Below, in pieces: positions 1-8,971 of a stretch of 64,000 bases of DNA. The translations under genes were made by a program, and so were the position numbers. Position 1 is the stretch's first letter, and the number at the start of each line of letters is the position of its first letter. Under the pieces are notes generated by a model. It worked only from the letters and a program-made list of their open reading frames with translations. It was not told the origin of the DNA and did not search any database. The stretch lies in the sequence record NC_028829.1. The stretch is one strand, 5' to 3'.

Positions 1-539
1 CCATGAGCGTAATGAAATGAAACGTGCGTGTTTGCCCATGATGGCAAGTCAAAGCTCTCTGAAAGCTCTACAGTGACGTGTGTGACCGGATAGCCTTGTA
101 GTTTAAGCTGCTTCAGCAACATATTTTCAAGATACTCGGTTAGATAGTTCATGTACAGCGTATCCGACGGGATGTGAAGATCAGTATCGAATAGCGATAC
201 ATCGACGATCTCTTGATACCAGTCATTGACAGACGAAACAGCAGTGAATAACGGAGAGTCGATTTGTGTACGGTCACGATTTTCAATATCGCTTAACACA
301 TATTCACTGTATCCGTTGACAAGAACTAGACGGTGATCAATTGCGTGTTCAGATTCGTCTACTAACTGCTTGATCGCTTTCTTGCAACCGCTGAAGTCAA
401 TTACGACTTGCTCAGTTTCATCTACTTCGCCGGTGATTTCAACACATAGATTGTAACTCATACCGTTAATTTTACCGTTTTCATCAACGTATGCGTGATC
501 GATGCATGTGATGTTGTTTAAAAACATTGTACTTTTCAT
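1..539 (-). CDS. queD: QueD-like 6-carboxy-tetrahydropterin synthase, long type; 3' end runs off the window
   Basis: Not in the ORF track. Manual translation from the ATG at 539 is open to position 1: MKSTMFLNNITCIDHAY...VVIDFSGCKKAIKQLVD...IDHRLVL...SFHYAHG, matching the long gammaproteobacterial QueD pattern; AG-rich RBS upstream. Confidence 0.75.
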   Translation of the reverse strand, partial: MKSTMFLNNITCIDHAYVDENGKINGMSYNLCVEITGEVDETEQVVIDFSGCKKAIKQLVDESEHAIDHRLVLVNGYSEYVLSDIENRDRTQIDSPLFTAVSSVNDWYQEIVDVSLFDTDLHIPSDTLYMNYLTEYLENMLLKQLKLQGYPVTHVTVELSESFDLPSWANTHVSFHYAH

Positions 540-563
540 ATGTTTCTCTCTTGTTAAAGCTCT

Positions 564-592
564 ATTATAAGTCCGAATTACTTATATTAAAC
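564..592 (-). promoter_or_regulatory. Early promoter for the queD-like gene
   Basis: GTTTAA-17 bp-TATAAT on the minus strand. Confidence 0.55.
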
Positions 593-593
593 A

Positions 594-1046
594 TTATTCG
601 TCTTCGAACATAATAACTTTCACACCACGAGCATCTAGCCAATGCCACCAATCGGGTTGTGAACCGCTGTAAATCGAACCTACAATGAGAATTTTGATAC
701 CAGCCGCGACTATCAGCTTGGCACAGTTATGACACGGCGACGTTGTAACATACATAGTCGCGCCTTCAGTAGAAATGCCAGCGCGTGCAGCGTAGCAAAT
801 CGCGTTTTGTTCCGCATGTATCTCGTGAATTTCTGACCATTCGCGATGTGATAAATCGCCATAGTCTTCGATTTTGTTACAGTGTGTCACACCCGCAGGA
901 ACACCATTGTAACCGTGTGAGATAATACGATCATTCTTGACGATGACAGCACCTACTTGCTTCTGCTTGCAGGTGCTTTTCTTAGCAAATGACTTGGCGA
1001 TGTCAAGATACACCAAGTCATAATAGCTTTTATTCTTCGGGTACAT
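594..1046 (-). CDS. cd: dCMP deaminase
   Basis: HAEQNAI and PCHNC zinc-deaminase motifs, GYNG motif. Confidence 0.95.
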   Translation of the reverse strand: MYPKNKSYYDLVYLDIAKSFAKKSTCKQKQVGAVIVKNDRIISHGYNGVPAGVTHCNKIEDYGDLSHREWSEIHEIHAEQNAICYAARAGISTEGATMYVTTSPCHNCAKLIVAAGIKILIVGSIYSGSQPDWWHWLDARGVKVIMFEDE

Positions 1047-1363
1047 TACGATAACAGAGCAGATTTAACTAGTTCATCAAACTGCGCATCAGCTTTTTTT
1101 ACGTAAACTGGTGCGTTGATTGTGTTGAAGTCAGCAAGAGCAACAGCAGATAGGTTACGAATGTGATATACTGCGTTGCGCGTCTCTGCGTATACTTTGT
1201 TGTCGATTACTTTGAATGATTCAATCGGCGCAGTTAATGCGTGCTCGCCTTGCTCATGACCAACCATTGAATTGAAGAAACGACCTTTGATGCGATTCGT
1301 CTCAACGAATTCTTTAGAAGTAAGTTCGATTGCAGCAGTGAAGTTAACGTTGAATGTAGTCAT
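1046..1363 (-). CDS. Hypothetical protein, weakly paralogous to 1425..1724
   Basis: ORF with RBS; C-terminal VYAETRNAVYHI pattern. Confidence 0.6.
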   Translation of the reverse strand: MTTFNVNFTAAIELTSKEFVETNRIKGRFFNSMVGHEQGEHALTAPIESFKVIDNKVYAETRNAVYHIRNLSAVALADFNTINAPVYVKKADAQFDELVKSALLS

Positions 1364-1424
1364 AATATATTTCTCTCAAAAAGTAATCAAAAATAGTGAA
1401 TTCGTTTGTATTAAAGCAGAATTT

Positions 1425-1724
1425 CTAGTTGTTGTAAAGCGGAATGTTAATACCGCGTTCAGCAGCGTCTTTAATCATTTGCGTAATCTCGTCAAAAGAC
1501 ACGTTGGTTAGTTGATAACGACTCTTAGAGTGCGTCACAGCATACACAATACCGCCATTGATTTCAACATACATGACATTAGAAGTCATGATTTCGCCTG
1601 CGTCATTGAATCGCTCGATTGAGTGACCGCTTGCTTGACCAACTAGAATGTGAGTTTTATTCGGGTTGAACCCTGTGTTCACAAACTGCTTAATTGATAG
1701 TTCTAGCTTACCAGTAATATCCAT
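1425..1724 (-). CDS. Hypothetical protein
   Basis: ORF with GAGG RBS; GH..F....I.TS.V.....VYAVTHSKSRYQL pattern common in small phage proteins. Confidence 0.6.
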   Translation of the reverse strand: MDITGKLELSIKQFVNTGFNPNKTHILVGQASGHSIERFNDAGEIMTSNVMYVEINGGIVYAVTHSKSRYQLTNVSFDEITQMIKDAAERGINIPLYNN

Positions 1725-1736
1725 GTTTGTTACCTC

Positions 1737-1928
1737 TTAAAATTCGATGTTTGATGCTTGAACTGTCTGAACAGCACCGATTTTAGCAGGTTTGCCGAAA
1801 CAGTCAACACCGCCTGTGATTCTAACAGTGTAGTTGTCTTTGTTACCAAGACGGTTTACTGAGTTTTCGTCGTGTGAAACGATTTCAACTTCAGTGTATT
1901 TGCCAAAACCTTGATTGATGCGTGCTTT
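1737..1928 (-). CDS. Small early hypothetical protein (start MKARINQG)
   Basis: Follows the early promoter-leader cassette; ORF-track start is probably too far upstream. Confidence 0.6.
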   Translation of the reverse strand, partial: KARINQGFGKYTEVEIVSHDENSVNRLGNKDNYTVRITGGVDCFGKPAKIGAVQTVQASNIEF

Positions 1929-1952
1929 CATAATGTTCTCTCTCTTTGTTAG

Positions 1953-2008
1953 TAGTCGATGTCGTTTCGATGTAGCTATAATAGGCGTTTCGTGAAATTC
2001 ATGCAACC
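1953..2008 (-). promoter_or_regulatory. Sigma70-like early promoter plus conserved leader
   Basis: TTGCAT-17 bp-TATTAT followed by AGCTACATCGAAACGACATCGACTA; 31 nt identical to 17126..17156. Confidence 0.8.
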
Positions 2009-2031
2009 GTTTTTTTGCTCTAAAACGAAAA

Positions 2032-2051
2032 AAGGTAGCCGAAGCTACCTT
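2032..2051 (-). terminator. Intrinsic terminator after the paralog triplet
   Basis: AAGGTAGC-TTCG-GCTACCTT followed by a T run on the minus strand. Confidence 0.85.
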
Positions 2052-2063
2052 TCTGTATTTAAT

Positions 2064-2939
2064 TTAAGCACCAATTCGTTCTAACGTTGTTTGACTCAAT
2101 TTCGAATCACTTTGGGCTTCAAGAGAACTAACATCACTCCAAACGGTGATCTCATTTCCATTGATTACCCAGATCTTACCAGAAATCATTGCTATACGTT
2201 GCTCATCATCGTAGAAAAGCTCGTCTTCAGGTTCATAATACCACTCTAACGTGTAAAATGATTTATACCAAGCAACATCATCATTGATGCTACCTGCCGA
2301 AAGTTCAACAATACCAGCTTCGATGTTTAACGAGTGACCGCCACGAAGATACCAAATACCATCACCACCCGTTACTTTAACAATAGCAGCGTCGTTGATT
2401 GTAGGTAAATCGAGCAATTCAGTTCCCATTTCTGTATCATATCCAGTCGGGTTATCAGTGTGAACAGGCTTTGGGTCTTCAATAGGAACGATTCTTTCCA
2501 TCACGAATGACGCACCTTCAGATTCATTTGATACTCTCAATTTGAAACCTAAATCTTTGGCAAATCGTTCAGCCATTCTTTTGTATAATCGAGTACGCTT
2601 ACGGGAATCAGAACGATTTGTGTCATCAAATGCTGCAAATGTGATTCGATTTACGATGTTGTTTTGCATCACGTGCTTAATTTCAGAAATAACCGTGGCG
2701 AAAACAGTCATCGCGTCTTTAGAATCACCTTTTGCTAGGCTGTAATTGTAAGACATTGCACCCGCTGGCTTATGCATAAAATCGACACCTAGAGCTTTGC
2801 GATCTTCTTCATAATACAGACCAATCATATACTCAGCGCCGTCTATTTCGAAGTAACTCTGATTACCACGTCGTGCTGTTATGGGTGCAGCGCGGTTAAA
2901 CGCTTCTGTTAGCTCGTTTTGATATTCGCTAAATTTCAT
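2064..2939 (-). CDS. Putative capsid-internal protein, shared-domain family, paralog 1
   Basis: N-terminus MKFSEYQNELTE resembles the T4 IP capsid-targeting sequence; shares a ~110 aa domain with 2941, 3865, 12076 and 39511. Confidence 0.65.
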   Translation of the reverse strand: MKFSEYQNELTEAFNRAAPITARRGNQSYFEIDGAEYMIGLYYEEDRKALGVDFMHKPAGAMSYNYSLAKGDSKDAMTVFATVISEIKHVMQNNIVNRITFAAFDDTNRSDSRKRTRLYKRMAERFAKDLGFKLRVSNESEGASFVMERIVPIEDPKPVHTDNPTGYDTEMGTELLDLPTINDAAIVKVTGGDGIWYLRGGHSLNIEAGIVELSAGSINDDVAWYKSFYTLEWYYEPEDELFYDDEQRIAMISGKIWVINGNEITVWSDVSSLEAQSDSKLSQTTLERIGA

Positions 2940-2940
2940 T

Positions 2941-3861
2941 TTAAGATTCCATTATTTCTGGGTTTAACCACGGCGCATCGAATGCATTCACATATTTGGT
3001 AAACGCTGCATCGTCGGTGTATATTTTTAGACTTGTTTGACTAGTCAAGACGATATAGAAGTTCTTGAATGCACCAACCAGATATGTTCTATCTTCTTCA
3101 GGACCCTCACCATAGTCGAAAATTGGGTGCTGTAGTGCTGCTAACCATCCCTCTCGGTCAGACATTTCATACACAACGCGATTTACACGTAACCTAGCTG
3201 CAATTTCGTCAGCCGCTTTTACAACTGCACGACCTTGCCCTAGAACACCACTAATCATCGAACCATCTTCAACTTCAAACGCTCTTACAAATGCATATGC
3301 ATTGGCGTGAGATAAATTAACTTCAACATGGTCGCTATGTTCTTCAAACCCGACTGGACGACGTGCTCGACGTGAAAAGTCATCTACACGTTGTTGATAA
3401 CCCACATCATACACAATGAATTCACGACCTACGTTTCTGTAATCATACTGAGGGAATTCTCTAAGTTTCGCCTTTGTCATGATCTTATACAGTCTGAGAC
3501 GTTTATCTGCATCACGCTGATCAGCGTCATTGAACGCGCTATATGTTATTTGAGCAGGTGAATTGTCTCTAACAAAACTGAAAATCGCATCGACAACCGT
3601 TGATAATACGACTCGTGCTGTTTTATCATCTTTCTTAGTTAGATTATAACCACTACCATCAAGAGCTTTGAACGACACATCAGCCTTCATAGACTTCATC
3701 CCGTTCGGTTCACGTATAATGCCTTTCTGAATGTCTATTTCATAATAAACACCATCAACTTGAAACTCATACACGTTTAAATTTGGTAACTCACGGACGA
3801 GATTATATTTCGCTGGTCGATCTAACGACTCGTTGAGTCTTTGATATTCGCTAAATTTCAT
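2941..3861 (-). CDS. Putative capsid-internal protein, shared-domain family, paralog 2
   Basis: MKFSEYQRLNE leader; shared domain; C-terminal GQGRAVVKAADEIAARL resembles GNAT motif A. Confidence 0.65.
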   Translation of the reverse strand: MKFSEYQRLNESLDRPAKYNLVRELPNLNVYEFQVDGVYYEIDIQKGIIREPNGMKSMKADVSFKALDGSGYNLTKKDDKTARVVLSTVVDAIFSFVRDNSPAQITYSAFNDADQRDADKRLRLYKIMTKAKLREFPQYDYRNVGREFIVYDVGYQQRVDDFSRRARRPVGFEEHSDHVEVNLSHANAYAFVRAFEVEDGSMISGVLGQGRAVVKAADEIAARLRVNRVVYEMSDREGWLAALQHPIFDYGEGPEEDRTYLVGAFKNFYIVLTSQTSLKIYTDDAAFTKYVNAFDAPWLNPEIMES

Positions 3862-3864
3862 TTT

Positions 3865-4314
3865 CTACCTTTTATCAAGTCTTTCAAGTGAAATAGAACC
3901 CATGTCATACACAACCTTAAACCCAAGTTCATCAGCAAATCGTTTTGCAATACGTTTGTATACACTAAGTCTCTTACGATAATCATCCGCGTTCGAATCG
4001 CTAAATGCGTTGAAATGTATATAATTTACATCTTTGCTACGCATTAATTCTTCAATTTCAGATATAACAGTTGCAAAAACTGTAATCGCGTCTCTAGCAT
4101 CGCCTTTCGCGAGATTATAGCTCCATGTTAGTGATTCTCTGGACATATACATAAACTCAACATTTATAGATTTATCGTATTCTTCATATGCGAGTTCGAC
4201 GATGTAACGTTTGTCACCGACGTTAAAAAAGCTCTTATTTCCACGACGTGCTGTGATCTGTGCTGGTCGGTCAAATGCTTCTGTTAGCTCGTTTTGATAT
4301 TCGCTAAATTTCAT
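3865..4314 (-). CDS. Putative capsid-internal protein, shared-domain family, paralog 3 (single domain)
   Basis: MKFSEYQNELTE leader; consists only of the shared domain. Confidence 0.65.
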   Translation of the reverse strand: MKFSEYQNELTEAFDRPAQITARRGNKSFFNVGDKRYIVELAYEEYDKSINVEFMYMSRESLTWSYNLAKGDARDAITVFATVISEIEELMRSKDVNYIHFNAFSDSNADDYRKRLSVYKRIAKRFADELGFKVVYDMGSISLERLDKR

Positions 4315-4604
4315 TCTAAAAATTCCCCGTCGGGTATCGTGTCTTTGTCGATATTACCATTCAATGGTAGATCGTCGTCAAGACCGACATCTATTGATTT
4401 TAAATGTATTTCTAAGTCGTCGATTGATTGTTCAGTATAGAGGTACTTGCTTCTGTAATCGAAAAATGAGTAGCAATCTTCAGTGTATTCTACTTTCAAA
4501 ATCGTTTCATGACCTGCATGAACATATACTACGGGGTCGCCGAATGCGCTAATGTCCGTATAACTCATCTTCGTGTTTTTCAATAATGCAATTGCTTCTC
4601 TCAT
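4311..4604 (-). CDS. Hypothetical acidic protein
   Basis: ORF coupled to its neighbours. Confidence 0.6.
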   Translation of the reverse strand: MREAIALLKNTKMSYTDISAFGDPVVYVHAGHETILKVEYTEDCYSFFDYRSKYLYTEQSIDDLEIHLKSIDVGLDDDLPLNGNIDKDTIPDGEFLE

Positions 4605-4607
4605 AGA

Positions 4608-4892
4608 TTAACCTATAAAATTGTTTAATGGGCTGCTCAATCTATCAAGTTCTTCTAATATTACATCACCATGACACGCTTTAGGCTTACAATGACAGCC
4701 GAGAATCTTTCCTTTTAGTTGCATAAACTGCTTTTTAAATTCGTCGTCTTGTAATTGAATGCGTAACCACTCGCGATAAAGCTCAATAACTTCGCTTCGA
4801 GTACCGTCAATCCCTGATTTAAATGGGTTCCCAAACGGGGTGCCGCGACCAATGTACACATCAAAAGAATGATGAGCAATGTTAACTATCAT
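4608..4892 (-). CDS. DUF4326-like protein
   Basis: DVYIGRG..FGNPF and GKILGCHCKPKACHGDV motifs. Confidence 0.8.
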   Translation of the reverse strand: MIVNIAHHSFDVYIGRGTPFGNPFKSGIDGTRSEVIELYREWLRIQLQDDEFKKQFMQLKGKILGCHCKPKACHGDVILEELDRLSSPLNNFIG

Positions 4893-5187
4893 TATTTAGC
4901 ACCACTCTAAACCCAACACCGTGAATGACATTAACACAATCAACAAGACTACCGACAATCGGCACTGCTTTAACTTCAGCACGCTCGTAACCTGCGTATC
5001 GTACAAGCTGAAGAACAACCTTTTCATCACAATCTTTGTACATCGTGTAAGAACCGACTAAGAAGATGTCATTGTCATCGGCTATATTGTTGATGATCTC
5101 TCTTCGAGCGTATCTAGCTGCTTGCGTGCGCATATAACGCTCGAAATCACCATTATCGTTTTTCATTCTATTGATTTGTCGTCTCAT
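4882..5187 (-). CDS. Hypothetical protein (start MRRQIN)
   Basis: GAGGTTATTATG RBS and start. Confidence 0.6.
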   Translation of the reverse strand: MRRQINRMKNDNGDFERYMRTQAARYARREIINNIADDNDIFLVGSYTMYKDCDEKVVLQLVRYAGYERAEVKAVPIVGSLVDCVNVIHGVGFRVVLNNDS

Positions 5188-5216
5188 AATAACCTCAAAA
5201 AGCGCCATAAAGGCGC

Positions 5217-5396
5217 TTACTGTTCTGAATATCTAACACCTTTGAGAAATGCCTCAAGGCAATATTCATTATACGATTCGTAAACAACTTGACCGTTGTC
5301 TTTTATCTGCCAGAGTGATTGATTGTGTTCGTCAATTTCTTCGTTCAGAATGAACCCTTGACGTTCAACCATATCTCGTATTTCATGCTTTCTCAT
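5217..5396 (-). CDS. 59-aa hypothetical protein missed by the ORF track
   Basis: GAGGTTATTATG start, MRKHEIRDMVERQGF...LKGVRYSEQ; same RBS/start string as at 5187. Confidence 0.65.
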   Translation of the reverse strand: MRKHEIRDMVERQGFILNEEIDEHNQSLWQIKDNGQVVYESYNEYCLEAFLKGVRYSEQ

Positions 5397-5440
5397 AATA
5401 ACCTCGTTTTAGAGTGGCGACAATCGCCGCCACTAAATCA

Positions 5441-6817
5441 TTAAAGTACGCGCCCACCGCAATGTTCGCCCTTATCAATCTTAGAGCGTACGTACGGAAC
5501 ACGCTCTTCGCTCAAATCTTTCCAGTATTGATCTGTGTTCGGTGTTGAGTTATGACCGTAGCCGTAGTTATGACCGATTTCGTGTAAGAATACGCGAGTG
5601 TTGTGGTCGTAGTTTGCAAGATCGTACATCTTCGACTCAGACTTGGTGTTTGCCGCCCATGCGAAAATCGCAAAGGTTGTGTGTTCGTCGTATGACGGTG
5701 CAACACCGTAAATTGAAGTGACGCCACCTGAATAACCAGGTGCAGGTAAGTAACCTTCATCGCCTGTCATGATCATGTTCGCACGGCACGACTCGAAGTT
5801 GTTATTGAACCCTGCATATGCTTTCATCGACGCGCCGATCAATGCGTTTTCACGCTGCATCTTCAAAATCTCAATTGCACGCACTGAACTGTATTCATAC
5901 AGTGGAATACGACCTTCCAAGTGAGGGAAGTTTCTCAGGTCATCAGTCTGCGGTGAGTAAGTCTGATATAGACCAGAACTGTTACCAGTCAGAATCGGTT
6001 CAATTAAGCCTAGTTTGTAACCAACTTGTACTGAGTTCGAGTTCACTTGTTTTTGCCATGTTTCCCACCACTTCGGGTCTGCCATGTGGAAGTATGATAG
6101 ATTACCATCACCACCCATCCCGGGGATTAATGTCGCGTTCACCATCAAGTACGGACGGTCAAACGTCTTATTCGCTTGATCAATCGATGTCTTGATGCTT
6201 GATAGATCTTCAGTTGTGTGTAACCAGTTCAACGCTTTAATCCAGAAGCCTGCCAGATCACCACCGTAGTTCATGTCGTTAACTGTGTAACATACACGTT
6301 TACCGAGCTGATAACGACAGCTCTCGCGGCGTAAGTTTGCCCAACCCACATCAAGCGAGCCGTTTACATCAAACTTGCTTGAGTCTGCATTCATGCGAAG
6401 CGTGTATTCAAAGCCGTTATCAAAACATGCGCTACCTGATACAGAACATGCCCACTTCAATGGTGCCATAGCAAGTGTACTAAGAGCACGCATATCATCA
6501 CTTGGTGACATTGTACGCATGTCTGTTGAATCTTTCCAGAACCCGTAACCGTTACTGTCCATCGAAATGTAAGTGCTATTGACGGTCTGACTGATTTCAC
6601 CGGTTTTCTTATACTCAGCGTCAGCTTCTTGCATCGCGCTGTTTAACCAGGTACGTAACACTGAGTTGTGATAACCGTTCGTCATATGAGGGAACGTGAA
6701 CTCAGTTGTGAAAGGACTCGGTGTTTCGACACCTTCAGCCGGTAGTCCCGTGAATGTAGCCGCTGTCGTTGACGCAGTAGAACATAACAATGCTAATGAA
6801 AGCCAAAGTTTTTTCAT
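5441..6817 (-). CDS. Secreted metzincin-type zinc metallopeptidase
   Basis: Sec signal peptide MKKLWLSLALLCSTASTTAA; HEIGHNYGYGH fits HExxHxxGxxH. Confidence 0.7.
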   Translation of the reverse strand: MKKLWLSLALLCSTASTTAATFTGLPAEGVETPSPFTTEFTFPHMTNGYHNSVLRTWLNSAMQEADAEYKKTGEISQTVNSTYISMDSNGYGFWKDSTDMRTMSPSDDMRALSTLAMAPLKWACSVSGSACFDNGFEYTLRMNADSSKFDVNGSLDVGWANLRRESCRYQLGKRVCYTVNDMNYGGDLAGFWIKALNWLHTTEDLSSIKTSIDQANKTFDRPYLMVNATLIPGMGGDGNLSYFHMADPKWWETWQKQVNSNSVQVGYKLGLIEPILTGNSSGLYQTYSPQTDDLRNFPHLEGRIPLYEYSSVRAIEILKMQRENALIGASMKAYAGFNNNFESCRANMIMTGDEGYLPAPGYSGGVTSIYGVAPSYDEHTTFAIFAWAANTKSESKMYDLANYDHNTRVFLHEIGHNYGYGHNSTPNTDQYWKDLSEERVPYVRSKIDKGEHCGGRVL

Positions 6818-6892
6818 TTTATACCTATATTTTTAAGTTTTATTTTTATCTGTACAACCTAACCAGACGTGAATTGCAGTACATCGCTGCAA

Positions 6893-6940
6893 TGTGAAAC
6901 TAGTATAGCATCATGTCGTTGATATTAAACTAGTTTCACA
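6893..6940 (-). promoter_or_regulatory. Promoter enclosed by a perfect 12-bp inverted repeat
   Basis: TGTGAAACTAGT (6893..6904) and ACTAGTTTCACA (6929..6940) bracket GTTTAA-17 bp-TATACT on the minus strand. Confidence 0.6.
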
Positions 6941-6946
6941 ATCTTT

Positions 6947-8894
6947 TTAAATTCGTTTACCCCATTCAGAGAAGTCACGACCAGTCCAAATGAACTCGCG
7001 GTTGGTCAACTCTTCGATAGCTTTTTGAGTTGGTTCGAATGTAAATACGTCACCGATATATTCATAGCCGTACTTCGCTTTTGCTGCAATTTCTCGCATT
7101 TCAGCACCTTTTTTCAGCACTTCAGCTTCGCTTTTCGCGATGATGTAACCATCTGGTCGAGTGCCCCAACCATGCTCAACTTCAGTTACAAGTGCACCGT
7201 AACAGACAATCTTTGTTTCAAAACTCATGATAAACCTCTTACTTTGATGTTTTCATACACAGGCGCGACTTTTTCAAACACGACTGATTTAATCGTTGGT
7301 TGATTGTTGTCGATGTTAATCGCATTGATGAACGCAACTATACCGTCAATCGTGTTGAATTCCATTGATTCGAACCCAATCACATAACGACATTTCACTA
7401 GACGCCATTTGCCTTGCTTTTCAAGTGCAATGTAGTTCGATTGGCATGCTTTAGACAACCCCATACCCGATAGATCATAATCTTCGTCTCTCAACGTAGT
7501 ATCAGCTACGATTGCAGTGCGTGGGTTTTGATAATCAACATATAATACAATTTGTTGCATTAAATTTCTCTCATTTTAGAAATGTTTTGCCAGAATTTCG
7601 TTTGCTCGATCTTACATATGATAAACAGAATAAACATAACAATTGACACTAGTAGTGTACCGATAAACCCATATAACATGACCATAATCATGGGTATATT
7701 GTATGTTCGTTCGAATATTATATGCAGACCCATGAAAATCGCGATGATGTTTGAAATTACAAACGTGATAATGAACATAAGAAATAAAAATTCGCCCATG
7801 AGATTAACCCTCGTACTTGTATGTGTAATCTGGTGTTGGTCGAATGAAATCACGACCTTGACGTTGACCTACTAACCAAATTTCTTGAGCACAAGACTCG
7901 CAGTAATACGCTCTCATTGCAACGTTATACGAGCTTGCACCGGGCTTTTGACACTGAGTTACGTTACAGTCGCCGCCTTTCTTACCTTTACGAACATTGC
8001 GTTTAGCAAGGTCAATCATTGCTTCATGACGCTCACGAGAACCTAGACGTTCAATGCGCTCACGTTCATGAATGCGATCCATGATTTCTGCTTGCTTCTT
8101 GGCAGTTTCGTGCATCTTTGACCACTCTTTATCATAGTCGCGTGGCTTGTTTTTCTTTACTTTACGCAATTTGCCGTTGATTACTTGATATGCCATGATT
8201 AAGCTCCGTATGCTTCAATTAGTTGTTGGCGTTTTGCTTGGCGACGTTTCTCTTCTTTCGCTCGCTTCTTAGCAAGAATATCGTTGATTCGAGAACTCAC
8301 GAGATTTGAAATTGCACTGCAAAGTGCTTTCTCTTCGTTATTGGTAAACACGTTTGCAGGCGTCGCGAGACGCATCAATTCGCCAGTATAGCGAAAATCT
8401 TGATACTTCACAACGAATTTCACATCAGTATCACGATCAATTAGCACAATTGAATCATTATTCTCACTAACACACATTTCATTGTTGACGTACTTTGCAA
8501 CGTGAAAACGCTTCGGTTTATTCAGCATCTTGTCGATGATTGCAAGGGTCGGCTCTTCAACACCATAGTCGTAATCAAGATACGTCTTAGTCACGTAATT
8601 TGCGTATTCAGCTTTGCGCTTTATAATTTCTTTCGCTACGCTCGACCAAGTACCTTCGATTTTGTCACAATCATCACGAACATCATGAGACCAATAAGAA
8701 CGTCCGTACTCGGATGCATGTCGCTTACTCACGAACATAACAAATCGTAGTTTGCGTAGATGTGTGTCAGTCAGATAACCGAGAAGTGGTTTACCATTTG
8801 AACCTTTAATTTTAAAGCCGTCTAGATTCACAGACGGCTTTTGAAGCTCATCATGGAAGATGTCGTACACATATTTGCGAGCTGCATTAGTCAT
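6947..8894 (-). other. Early operon of five hypothetical ORFs (8199..8894, 7804..8196, 7560..7853 membrane, 7225..7560, 6947..7228)
   Basis: Translationally coupled ORFs downstream of the early promoter near 8926..8954; 7804..8196 has CxxxC and CxxC motifs. Confidence 0.65.
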
Positions 8895-8925
8895 AGTGTT
8901 CTCTCTTTCGTTTCGATGCGATAGA

Positions 8926-8954
8926 TATTAACCTAAATAAGTAATACAGTCAAC
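8926..8954. promoter_or_regulatory. Overlapping divergent promoters: early (-) and candidate late (+)
   Basis: Minus strand TTGACT-17 bp-TAATAT; plus strand CCTAAATA at 8932..8939 inside its spacer. Confidence 0.55.
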
Positions 8955-8971
8955 CGAATTCGAGAAAAAAG

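Larger units (their letters stand above)
2902..4315. repeat. Direct repeats at the starts of three paralogs
   Basis: 39 nt identical at 2902..2940 and 4277..4315; a 23 nt core of it also at 3840..3862. Confidence 0.95.
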
